Under the pieces are notes generated by a model. That model made no database searches. It saw nothing but the letters and a program-made list of their open reading frames with translations, and was not told where the DNA came from. A DNA stretch of 60,000 nt from Lama glama (Eukaryota), in contig CM052817.1 of the NCBI GenBank assembly GCA_028534125.1, forward strand, positions 77,998,001 to 78,058,000, given 5' to 3'. This document shows, in pieces, positions 26,481 through 38,074 of the stretch; positions within the stretch are counted from its first letter, which is position 1, and the number at the start of each line of letters is the position of its first letter. A program made the position numbers and the translations under genes.

Positions 26481-26900
26481 TAGTGTTGCAAGTGTCTTCT
26501 TAGGATCTTGGAAATAAGGAGCATATGATCACCAGCAAATAGCTCTTAATGGGTCAAACCAGAGATACACCAAAGCAAATATCATAGTGATTAGATATCT
26601 GTCATCCACGTAAGCAATTATTTGAAAAGGCTCTTTAACAGTTGGAAATTTTACATTCTTTCTTTTTTATTTTTGAACTCATATTGCCATTTTATTTCTC
26701 CTTGTAATCCTTGAAAGTCTCTTATGATTATTCTATTGTATTTCATTGTGTTAAAATATATGTTATATTGAAGTTTGAATTTATTAAAAACTTTCCTCTG
26801 ATCATAGGTCCTAAGTGTTAATATTTCTTTGTAGATTTGATTATATTTATTATCAGTGCACAGTGAATCAAAACAGGATGGATTTGTGATATTTCATTTA
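26481..26900 (-). pseudogene. EBLL: EBLL middle segment (polymerase motif C region onward)
   Basis: TDNKYNQIYK (26857-26828) vs GDNQTIIIHK; KRLSRIT (26723-26703) vs KQLSRVT; FP, NNCL, GVSL and ELF in order vs FP/SSCL/GVCL/ELY; QDPKKTLATL (26510-26481) vs QDESLLTTL, running up to the Tigger TA. Confidence 0.65.
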
Positions 26901-26959
26901 TTTACTAAATTTATATTTTATTTACTGAATTTCAAAACTGAAATTTTGAAATACAAGAA

Positions 26960-27095
26960 ATGCATCTTTTTATTCTTTGAATACTTTATTTTGGAAATTT
27001 ATAAATCTACAGAAAAGTTGAAAGAAGAGTACCATTAACATCTTCACATCCTTCACTTAAATTCACAAGTTGTTAGTGTTTTGGCACATTTATCT
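26960..27095 (-). mobile_element. L1 3' terminal fragment (L1MC/MD-like) inside the EBLL
   Basis: 'ctttattttggaaatttataaatctacagaaaagttgaaagaagagtacc...aaattcacaagttgttagtgttttggcacattt' is an antisense L1M 3' UTR end. Confidence 0.75.
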
Positions 27096-28960
27096 GAGAA
27101 GGGGTTAAGTACATGTAATATAGAATGACATTATGTTTCCCAAATTTATACCAGCCCCAGGTTTAGAATGAAATCCTATTAATCAGTTGTAGCTCAGGCC
27201 CTCACTCCCCACTTTTTATAGCATTTATATAGTCTACCCAAAGACCTCCCACTTCTTCTGCTTTTCCTGAGATGTCTTGGACATGTCTCAGGTGTGCATA
27301 TGAGTAAGTTCTGTTGGCTACCACCTGGAACCTGCTAATATCTTCTCTTTACATAGCCTTCCATGAAGAAGTATACTATACTCATAAAGATGTGACTTGG
27401 AAACTTTCCACAGTCCTAGGTATGCTCACAGGTACCTGTCCTTCCCAACAGGTGTCAAGAACTCTGATCCAACTTCTCCTTAGCAGAGCGCCACTGCTCC
27501 CAGTAAATAATTCATGTTTCTCTCTCAGGCTATTATAACTGTTCTGTATTTTCTAATGTTCTTGATGCCTTGAAACCAAGTCCATTTATAAATGCTTCCC
27601 TGTTCCTTCATGTTATACAAAGCACAAAGCTACCAAAACAGTGCTGCTTTTTCCTCAATGCCTTTTTTTTTTTTAAAGAAAACAACTATTTATATTTTAG
27701 CCTATAGCTTAATACCATCATCAAAGGACTCAAACATGAATCCCTGGGAGACTTGGCTATGAACATATCCCTTGTCACCATGTAATACTCAGTAAAGTCC
27801 ACCTTTCTCCATGGTTTCCAAAGCCTTGTAATGGGACCTGATTTGTCTGCCTTCCTTTGTTCTCTCATAGGAAAAGTTCTCTTCAGCAGGCTCTTCAGTC
27901 TCTCATGCAAGATGACCTCTGATGAACATACGCTATTTCAGTACCTTCTGGACACCCCTCCACCTTAAGGTCTTCCTCTTCCCTTGCTTATACATAAACA
28001 ATGCATTTATGACAGCCAGAAATTGAATCCCAAGTTAACATGTCTGCACATAAATTGTAACATGGTAATTCAAAATAAGAGGAAAGATAATTTCAGAACC
28101 AAGTTAACAAAGAAATACATTTATGTATGGTCAACCTAAGTGTAATCTTGAGGAAAGAAAAATTATGTGGTTTGGATTGTTGATGAATTCCAGAAACAGA
28201 AGTTTTTTGTACCTTTTGCTTTTTAATACAACTAACAACTGAGAAGGGGAAAAACCAGAGCTTGTAATTTGGATAAATTTTGGAATTTCTGTTCATTTTG
28301 AAACCCATGAAGGAAACTAAAGATTTAGTTTACGTCAGTTTGCAATTGTGATAGTTTGGGGTTTTCTAGAAGTGTCTATGGGTTTTTTTAAACTTGGGAA
28401 ATTATCCTCCTCTGAATGGACTGCGTGAGTGAACACACTAATTGTGAGAAGTGACCAATCTTTCTCCTTCCACTTTTTGTGGTTTCTAATGATATAATGA
28501 TGTCTAGTACATCCATTGAAAACTTCTTTTGCTAGATTTAGAACAGAAACATGTTTAAAACTTTTATTGAGTGATTTCACATTCTTGTCTAATTATGTTT
28601 TCATTTTTAGAAAAGCAGAAATAACCAGGGGCTGTTTAAAAATGAACTAATTAAAACAACCTTTCTTTAAAGGTTTCCCAACATAACTTTTACCTTATGA
28701 AGATTAAACATTTAAATTAGAGGAATGCCTTTTTTTCCCCCAGGTTGTCTTTAATTTTGACCCTTGGGTGCTTGGCTTGGGAAATGGAACTCTGCCCAAC
28801 TTTTATGTTGTAATAATTTACTATTTTCACTGTTTCTTCTCAATATATAGTAAGAGAAATATAGTAACTTTACTTACACCATAAGACAACTGGCAAGGCA
28901 TTCTGTGAGTGCATTCCCTGTTGTTAGAGAGGGAACGGTTCTAAGAGAGGAACTTTCTAA
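27096..28960 (-). pseudogene. EBLL: EBLL 5' segment (N-terminal L through pre-motif A and motif A)
   Basis: YKKW-GVR/PELQ (27220-27187, one frameshift) vs YSSWCNGFRPELQ; FF...FQVVA (27370-27316) vs FF...YQVVA; DFTE..GDK (27799-27771) vs DFND..SDK; FIRGHL (27926-27909) vs FIKGYV; KLWFFP (28263-28246) vs KSWYFP; DIIIS vs DIIDS; HPRVK (28770-28756) vs NPRVR. Spacing needs several indels. Confidence 0.65.
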
Positions 28961-28974
28961 TGTTAAAATTTCTA

Positions 28975-30366
28975 AATTAAAACAAAACTAAAAAGAATTA
29001 ATTTGTTCAATTTTAGGCAAAATCATCATTGTATTCCAACTCACTCTGTCTAGTTGAACTGGCTAGAAAGTATGGGCTGGTAGGTGCTATAAAATGTCCA
29101 ACTTTCCTTACTTCCTTTTTCATTTTATAATTTTAGTGAAAAGATGGAAACATTCCACAAAGCCCCATATTTTCATTCCTTTGTTAATACCATGTTCATC
29201 TAACTGGCTTCCTATTTCATTATTTCTGTCTTGTCTTCATATATTACTTTGGCTTCTTTCCCTTATCTCCTCTCTAATGAAATATTCATTCAACTTTCCT
29301 TGCCTCTAAATAGACTGAAAAATCACCTTCAAATGAGAATCAGAAGAAGAAATAATGGCCTAATATTCTCTTAATCTTTATAAATAACACTCTGCTAAAT
29401 TTGAGGTTTCTAATTTGGTTGTTTTTTTCCTTGTAGTTGAAAGAGTTAAATTATTGAAAAGAAAATGTATACTTAATAAAATTTTTGAAGAATTAGATTG
29501 AATTTATTTCAAAACAATACTTAACCTATTTTATGTTTCAGTATTTTCAAAGATCTTGAGGGCAAGAATTAATTTAGATATACCTCATCCATCAGCTATA
29601 AACTTTGAGTTTACAGCATGTGAAAGAGCTTTATTTGATAGCTATTTTATGGGTTATGCATTTGGATGATACATATTATTGTTTTATATATATTTTATTT
29701 GTAATCTCTGAAAATTGAGTGCCCTGTTTACTAAGCACTCAATAAATCCTCAGCAGTTAATCAAGGCTCCTGCACATTAAAACCTCTGCCAGGATTTGGG
29801 ATTCAAGAGATGGTGAGGGATGGGGAGAGTTGATGAGTGCATGTTAAGCATGGATGGCAGGGTTGTGAAATATTTTTCCTTGAGGACACTGAGTTTAAAT
29901 TTGTCTATATTTTGACTTTAGAATTTCATTAAATTTGGTGTCATTTTAACCTGTATTTTAAGAAAATGTGCCCTGTATTGTTCTGGAATTATTTAACTTA
30001 CTCTAAGACTCCTAATATGTTCTTGGAGGTTTATGGTACAGATATGCATGTGAATACTCTGACACTCATTTGCAAATATGTCACAATTTTAATTCCCACT
30101 AAGTCTACTCTAAGGTTTCAAATAGCATAAGTATATTTACCAGCTCAATTTTCCATGTATGCAATAGTTTAATACACTGTAATATTGATTCTTTAGAACT
30201 GAAGTTTCTTAAATTGATCTTATTTAAGAAACAAGTTTGTATTCAGAAAGTTCAGGGAAAATAATTCCAATCCCAGTGTGAGTGTATGTGTAGGTATATT
30301 TATCTTCCTTTAGGACAATGAAATCAATCAATTTTCTTAGTATACATATAAAAGTAAAAAGAGCAT
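28975..30366 (-). pseudogene. Putative endogenous bornavirus-like G (glycoprotein) remnant
   Basis: ATG at 30366. TCFLNKINLRNFSSKESILQCIK (30236-30168) has the Cys spacing of [23 protein letters not shown]; TIQGT vs TLNGT; DKFKLS vs DEFRRS; HKI vs HKL; QSL*L (29607-29593) vs QSLLL; KRILGHYF (29372-29349) vs KRVMWFGRYF. AT-rich, short matches, GP1 part looks compressed. Confidence 0.4.
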
Positions 30367-30540
30367 TTGACTTTTACAGAAAAACTTTCCGTAAGGTATT
30401 CTTACGAAAGAAGCTTCACTGACCATTTGGAAACATTTCTTTTTTAAACAAACTGGTAAAGCAGAAATGGCTTTAGTAGGCAGAAAGTACTGCTCGGGAA
30501 CAAAATTTCAGGTCTCTTAGTAAAAAATATAATTGTGGTT
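30300..30540 (-). pseudogene. Putative bornavirus-like M (matrix) 3' remnant overlapping the G start
   Basis: FLL (30467-30459), FVRI (30408-30397) vs FLRL, NALF...LR (from 30367) vs NAAF...LR; the putative G ATG lies inside the Asn-Ala codons (aATGct), as in BoDV-1. Confidence 0.3.
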
Positions 30541-30559
30541 AAATTCATGGGTGGCTTGC

Positions 30560-31850
30560 TTTGCTTCTGTTGCCAAGTGTTTGGATCCAGTGGTCTATGG
30601 TGAAAGGCAGCAGTTCTCCAGGGATTCTTAAAAGCATGTGACCTTCCAAGCTCTAGTACTAAGTTTTAGAGTTACCTGAAAAGCTATCTGATTGACCAGA
30701 CATGTGTTCGCTACCATCCTGTGCCTAGCTACACAACATGGCCAGATTAGGAAATGTTTCGAAAGAGATTTGTGCTTAATGGATCATTTGATTTATTTTT
30801 AGTGCCTTAATGGAAACTTTGAGAATATTTTTTCAGAACAAATGTTGAATTAGATAAAAGACTAGGAACAGTTCCTTTTGTGGGCTGGGGAGGGGTGGTG
30901 GTCTGCTTTCATTTCTTACTGTTACTTTTTAAATCCTAGCTTATCCCTGAAGAATATTATCATCCTTGTCTTTGTAGATGAGAAAAAAGAAGATGAGAAA
31001 AGAGTGAGCAGCCTGCCAAGTCATACACAACTAGTAAGTATTCAAGCTTAGGCTTGCCTTTCGCCAAAGTTGGTGTTTTTCCATTTAATTACATGGCCCC
31101 ATCTTCTGAATATGGTACGTACCAGGAAGTCCTCTAGAGACATTTAGAGATGTAAAGATCACCTCTGGAGGCAGTGCTGGATGAATAAACTCTAGGCTTT
31201 CTTCTGTTTACTCAATGAAGTGTGAAATTATCCAGGCATTTCCTCACTAGCTTATCAAAAATTAGAACGTTTCCATTATGTTCAGTTTGAAACTTATGAC
31301 GAAGTCTTGTGAATTTAGTTCTATATGTGATTGAACACAGGAAAAAGTGTTTAAAATTATAGCATCTTTTATAATGCTGTAATTAATCCAGTATCATTCT
31401 CCAGAAAGCTACTCAATGAAAATATAAATAGCTTTTAAACAGTCTTTTTTTTTTCTTTTTTTCCAAAATTGTTCACAATTCTTCTGTTTGCAAGTGAATG
31501 TTTTTGGAGGAACTGTTTGGAGTAATAATAGAACTGAAAGTGAACGCAGTGAGGATGTCAAACATTGTTAATCTAGTATTCCTTATAAATATGCTAAATA
31601 TGTTTCATATCTGGCAGGGGGTGGATTTTCTAACATGAAGCACACTGATGCATAATGAGTTTATACTATATAGTTATCCCACAGAGTTTAGCATATCTTT
31701 CAGTTTTTGTCAAATTTAACTGTGATTAGCAACTTTCTGAATCCCTTTCCATCCTTTAAGGTAACATGCTTGGATTTGAATTGTTTACTGATGTCGGTGG
31801 ATCAGAGTCCTGGGCGTTAATCTATAAAGAAAGAAGGGTCACAGGTTAGA
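30560..31850 (-). pseudogene. Putative endogenous bornavirus-like N remnant, interrupted by a MIR
   Basis: KDMLNSV (31700-31680) vs RDMFHTV; SSSK (31514-31503); EQFWKKR vs EQIKKR; WIN (31390-31382); DFVISFKL (31306-31283) vs EFMDQIKL; KCLD vs ECMD; FPNLA (30754-30740) identical; MSG (30703) vs MAG. All in the expected order; boundaries uncertain. Confidence 0.45.
30925..31098 (-). mobile_element. MIR SINE
   Basis: 'tattatcatccttgtctttgtagatgagaaaaaagaag...cctgccaagtcatacacaactagtaagt'. Confidence 0.75.
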
Positions 31851-34800
31851 GACCAGTGGAAAGTGCTAATTGCCCATGTGCATCTGGCCTGTGTAACATC
31901 TGATTAGGCCTGTCACATTCAGCAAAGCTGTTGAGAGCCTGGTGGAGTTTGCTATATATTGTAAATCTGGGAATGCCTAGGGAAAAGGACCTTTGCTCTT
32001 CTCAGTGTGGATTTATCTCTTGGTCTCTTTGATCAGGGAAGAAAAAAAAATTTATTGTTGGTTTCTATAATTGGTGCTCACATCCTCCTTTCCATAACTG
32101 TAAACAAACTGATTAGCTGTTCCTGCTGATAATTAAATGGGGGTGGAGGAATAGAGAGCAGTATCCATGAAATAAACCTAAAGTCAGGATGTGGTCACCT
32201 AGTTCAAAACCTTGGAGATTATTCCTAACCACATACAGTTTTCACCTTGTTTTATCTAAACACTCAAAAGAAAAATACTTGGTTGGATTTTGAAATAGTC
32301 TGACCAGTGTTTTTTATAGATTCTCCTGAAAGTCACTTAAAATAGCTAGGGTGGTGGGGAAAAAATAAGAGAGAGAAGAAGCCAAAGAGGACCTTGGTTT
32401 CTTCCTAGGTAGATAAAAGAGACCTTATGCTACTGGCATTTAATCTTTCTTTGTTTCTGTGTGAGGTTAAACAACCACCATGAGCTGCTTCTCCTTGATT
32501 CGCAGAGAAGCCCAAGTAGCTGATGGGGTTTAATTTACAGAATTGAGGACAGAACAACGTGACCTTCAATAGACAGCAAGGATTCATGTTTCCTAGCCTT
32601 TATGGCTTTTTCTTGGAGCCATCCAAAATAATCCAGGTCTCCTTTAAGACACTAGGCATGTCACCTCAACCTATAACTCTGGACTGAACCAATTTTTTTT
32701 TATAAGTGATTTATTTTGCTCAAAAGGGGTGTTCATTTAAAATTAAATAACATATTAACAGGGCTTATTTTTATATCTTTTTTAAAACTGTCCTGTGGAA
32801 AGGCCCCTTTCAAGCTAGGTTCCAAAGGAAAGGCCTGCAGATTGCTCCTTCTCAGTTCTGTTTTCACTGCAGCTTTGGAGTATTAAGGGATTTGGGAAGT
32901 TAAGTTAAGATCCCCAATCCTAACATGCCTCACTTTTATCCAAATAAAATTTAAAACCCAAGGAGTGCCCATTATACTGAAGCAAATCAAAGGCACTACT
33001 GAACGTTGTTGCTTAGAAGCCGTAATGGTTAAATGTTGAACACACATATAAACAAGCATCAAGACAAGAATTTTCTTAATAACAATTTTGATAAGAAATT
33101 TAAGAAATAAATCTTAAAGTAGAAAAATATATTTTCCCGTTTCTCTTCAATTCTTATTTCCATTTTGTTTCCCCAAATAACTAATTATATCTTTGCCACA
33201 ATCCCCATAGTGATTATGTTTTGGGGGCATATTCATACATAGCTTTCTTTTACTCTCTTCCAATTCAGTTAACTAACCTACTCTCATGCTCTCTGCTCGG
33301 ACACAGATTTGAGTGGTATTTATCTAGAACTCATAAGGAAACTTGATAACTTGTATGTTAGCAAACTGTATTTGAAAATATATGAATAATACCACAAACC
33401 AAAAACATAATTCTGTTTTTAATGGATCTGCTAAAGAACTAACTTGTCCTTTACAGCCAAGCAAAGACAATGTATGATGTTACAAAAAAGAGGGAAAGCT
33501 TCCTTTGGAAGGCCCTTAAAAAATGTTTCTTGGCTGCCTTATAAGATAAACACTACAAAATTGTGCTAAATAATTTATCATTTTAATATCGTGATTTTAT
33601 ACACTGAATTGCTTTGAATTTCTCACTTCTCTTACACTTCCTATTGTAATATCAGCTTTGTGCATTTTGAATATGATAAAACTTACCTTCTTTAGAACTA
33701 TAAACTAACAATATTCTTTATATTTACACTCACATACAGTGAAATAGATCATTAAACTATTTATTTCTTAGTAAAACAAGGGTGAAATGGAGAAATCTTT
33801 GCTTAGTTGATTTCTTGTATTTGCATTGCTTTTTGTTTCTGATAGCTGTTTGATGTTACATATGGTAGCACAAAAGCAAATCCAGAGTTTTGCTTTACTT
33901 TAAAACATTGGATAAAATGTGATAAGTACCACACTAACCTGGAAGACTGAGAAGCTAAATACAGTGCATTTATTGTACTGTCCTTTACAATTATTTTCAT
34001 AGAATTAAACAATGACAATTTATTTAACATTTATTATTGCTCCTGGGAGAAAAGCTGTGATTTTTAGAACTTTTACATGCTTTACATTAAACAAACATAT
34101 CTCATACATTAGTAAATGAAAAAATTTAAAAATCACAGATAATTACCAGTGTTGAAAAAACTTTGTTCAGTTTTGGTTGGTAAGAAAGATTTTTCTTATA
34201 ACATATGCATTATTTTAAATAAATAATTCCACAAAAATCCCAGAATCAATGAAGAAATGCCTGTGGCTTGATAATCTCAGGAAGGCCTGAGATGGGGCTG
34301 CGTATAATTATAGTCATTTGAGGTTCTGATCTTGTTTCCAGACTGCATTTTTTTTTTTTTTTGTAAACAGCAGACAACTTGAGCTGGTTTTCAGGTCTGG
34401 TAATTAAAAAAGAATCAAAGCTACTGAGAAAAAAGGTGTGTTACACAGGGTTACTAAATTCACAAACAAAGCTTTGAACGTTATTGTTGAACATGTCATT
34501 TATTTTGGAGTAAGCCAGCAGTGAGTGAGGATGGAATTAATTTTGCTTCAGGTTATCATTATTATAAACTATCACTAAGGTATAAACACAAAAATGTTTG
34601 AAATTCTGTCATAGAGCAAGGAACTTGCACAATGTCCAATAGCTAAAATTTTACTTGGTAAGATGAACAGTGAAAGTTTAAAATTGAATGTAAAAATGAC
34701 ATTGAAATTTTTAACAAAAAAGGATCTGTTGACTTTATGTGTAGATGGTTTCAATTTAGAAAAGACTATTTGGGAATTTGTCCACCAAAGTTTATTTATT

Positions 34801-35671
34801 CACTTTATTTTCTCAAAGTCCCTCCTAAGGGAAAGCATTTAAGGGTTACTCTTTTTGAAAGAGTTCTGTGGACTGCGTGTCCTCTCATTGTTTCAATTAA
34901 GGATCCTCAGCTGTTTTTCTCATTGTGAAGTGAAAAATAATGAATTAATTTGTTCTCTTCTGTTGAAAGTCTGTTTTGCAAAGGCCAGGCATATTGTATA
35001 TTCACATGGAAAGATGGGAACTTCATGTAAAATGGCTATAGTCTTGCCTAAGGAAATGTGCAGAATGTATTCAGTTATGGTGTTTATAAGAAACTCTTCC
35101 TGACACTTGGATAAAAGAGTATTTGGATTATGGTATACATTATGGATGGATCTGGTACTGTGTAAGTGTTTAAGGAAATACATATCATGGTTAATTTATG
35201 TACTGTCTGCTTGTTTTAATCATCTGAAAAAGAAGGGTCTATCTTTTTGAAGAAAGTTTGATGATATTAAATAATAGCCAGATACCACTGAATACACTTA
35301 TATCTGCACTGGAGTGAACAGTATAAGAAAATATAAGGAGTGAGCATACCCATGTTCTTTACCAATTCATATTTTCTAAAAAAAATCAGTACAGAAAAAT
35401 AAATGCAGTTTCCATGGCTTGTCTGTTTCATGTCCATAAACGTGTAGGCTATAAAAAAAATCCCATAAGGGAACTCTAGCCTATTTCCTCTGATAGGAAA
35501 ACTTCACCTTTTTAGTACCTTACATTTGATTAAGTGTAAAAAATGAAAAGTTTACACAGGCCAAATGAAGGGTATACAACCTGACTGCATGATTATAAAG
35601 TAGACGTCATTTATTGTGCTCTTATTCTGTGTTAGAAAAATGATAGTTTTGCATCCACTTAAAAAAATCTT

Positions 35672-35833
35672 GGTAATAATCCTATAAACAGTGGGCTGTT
35701 TTCCCTATTTTATTCATGAGAAAACTTAAGCTCTGAGAAACTGAATGACCTCTCTAAGGTTGTACCACTATTCCTGGCCTTGCTAGAATACATGGCAACC
35801 ACAACTCTTCTTGCTTGTGCATTGGGCTGCCTC
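35672..35833 (-). mobile_element. MIR SINE
   Basis: 'ttccctattttattcatgagaaaacttaagctctgagaaactgaatgacctctctaaggt'. Confidence 0.7.
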
Positions 35834-35863
35834 TTTTATGTAGTCAGGTGCTCATAATAATCA

Positions 35864-36355
35864 TGTCCTAGTCAAGGTTCTTACAAGAAATGGAAGTATA
35901 CTCAAAGTTTCAAGAGAAAAATCAGTTGAGTAGGATAGTATTTAAATGCATGTAAGATGTCCATAAGAATCCAGGACAGGTTGAATCTGTAGCCCTTCGG
36001 AAGAGCTCCAGAGAATGCTCTCTCTTTTCTCTCCATTTCTCGTCCTCATAAATTCCATGCTGTCCATAGTGTTACCAGCTCCCAGTCATCTTCCTACAAG
36101 CCTTCTTAGTGTGCAGGACTATGGCCAGCCTCCCCATTGCTGCCTATTAGAAAGTTTCTGCAAACCTCTGACCCAATTTGTATTTTGAAGCCAGCATACC
36201 CAATACAAGGTCTTGGGGCCAGGCTTTCAGTCAGGAATAGACTTTCAGTGGATTATCACATTGCTGGTCCAGTCAGATCTAGCGGCAGGAAGGATCACAT
36301 ACTCTCCCTGTTCACTTGAAGGGACATAGATGCACAATCAGATATATCTGGTACA
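35864..36355 (-). mobile_element. Ancient MaLR LTR (MLT1K/L/N-like)
   Basis: tgtcctagtcaaggttctt...aagaaat start and ...gatatatctggtaca end; subfamily uncertain. Confidence 0.55.
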
Positions 36356-37794
36356 AGCCAGAACTTCTATTTTCCTGGGACTTAGGAATTTTATATGCAG
36401 ATTTCTATTCCGTAATTGTGAAGAGCATGAAGAATTTGTTAAATTTCAGAAGTTCATACAAGATATTGCAGACTTGATGATTCAGTAGATACTTTACATT
36501 TAGTGGTTGATTGGTAGAATAGTTTGAGTTTCTCAATTTTAAATGAATACATTTAAAAAATTTAAAAAGCTTTTTATGGGCCTTTTCTCCATGGGGAAGA
36601 AAATAGGAAGTTATATTCTCTATTGCTGGACAATAGAGTTCTCTAACAGTAACATTTCAGAGGAAATTTGAAGGATATTAGTACAATCTTCTCTTGCCCA
36701 GAAAATGGTTAAACACGTCCATAGAGAAGAAAACCTCTCTGTATATTATTTTTTTTTATTAACTTTAGGCATTAGTAATTGTTTTCTTTCTCAGTTGACT
36801 GGATTCAAAGAAAACATAATGATAATAAAAGAGAAATTTAGTTGAAAAGACTTGAGGTGTTCTTGCATAATAAAAAAAGCAATTCAAAACATTAGTCTAC
36901 TCCAAGATATATTTCTAATGAAATTGTAAACATTACAAAGTTTGTTAACCTTCCCTCACCATACTGTAGCAAGACAAGGTTTGTGTTGGTAACTCTTAGT
37001 TCTAAAGGACACCAAAGCATCAATGTTAGTAAAACCTGAAGAAGTAAAACTAGTCCCGTAAGAAACAGAGGCTTGTGTCATCAGTTGTATACATTTTATG
37101 CTATGGTCTTTACTTCTAGTACAAAAATATTTCCTCAGAAAAAGATCAGCTACAACTGAAAGACACTTTAAACTGTGATGCCTTTTGCATCATTTATTCA
37201 TTAATCTTGTTGAATAGTTTAAATTAAAATTGTATTTGTAATATCTGTAGCTATTGCTTGATCATGCTACTACTACAGTGAATGAATTTCTATAGACTTA
37301 ATTATGAAACAATCCAGAATAATTTTATTTCCCTATTTGACCATTTTCATTAGTATACTAATTATAAAATAAAGACAAGTGTTTTGCCTTGAATTTGTGG
37401 CTATAAATGAAAGCATTTTATCCTGTCTTTGGGTTTGGAAGAGTTCAAGACATTGTAGAAATATTTATCTGCAGACTATATCTTCATAGTTCAAGGAACT
37501 GATAAGACCATCCCAGATTTCATGGTGCATAGCTTTATAGTTTAGATTTCTTGTCAATCATCTGTTTCTTATTTAGATTCCAGTAAGTCATTTTATGGTG
37601 GATTGAAATTGAATAGTTTATCTTTATACAGTATGCATTACAATTGTATGGATTCTTTGGAAAATAACAACTGGAACATTAAAAAAAAGAAAATCATGGA
37701 AAATATGATCATAGTGGTCATATCTTCAGCTACTGCTGTTTCTTTAGAAGTTCAAATGCAAAATAAGTAAATGCATAAGTGTATAAATATGTAT

Positions 37795-37813
37795 ACACAC
37801 ACACACACACACA
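37795..37813. repeat. (AC)9 microsatellite
   Basis: Dinucleotide run. Confidence 0.95.
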
Positions 37814-38074
37814 TATGAAACAGTGGAAAGATTAATAGACTATGTGTGGGTATTATTATCTGGGCCTGAAGTCAGATTAGCCCCAAAGCATAGTCCAGGT
37901 GGAATATTACATAGGTCAAATACTTGGCCTCCTGAAAGCAGTGAAACTGTATCATTGGGTACAGGTGGCCCTTCATGTGTATCATGTACTATAGGGAAAA
38001 AAAACTGGATTTAATGTATATAATACCATTGAATGAACATTAAGTAAAGCATCAATGGATGGAATAGGAGCCTG

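Noticed and set aside
26600..26615. Minus-strand YVDD (FQIIAYVDD), resembling a reverse-transcriptase catalytic motif
   Set aside because: No other RT motifs around it; other frames at the same position fit the collinear bornavirus L alignment
27300..27485. Alternative L register: VLDTCWE, LYEY and VPG read as motif B and downstream blocks
   Set aside because: Needs several large deletions and overlaps the better-spaced FF..QVVA..RPELQ register. It also shows that by-eye matching can give false hits
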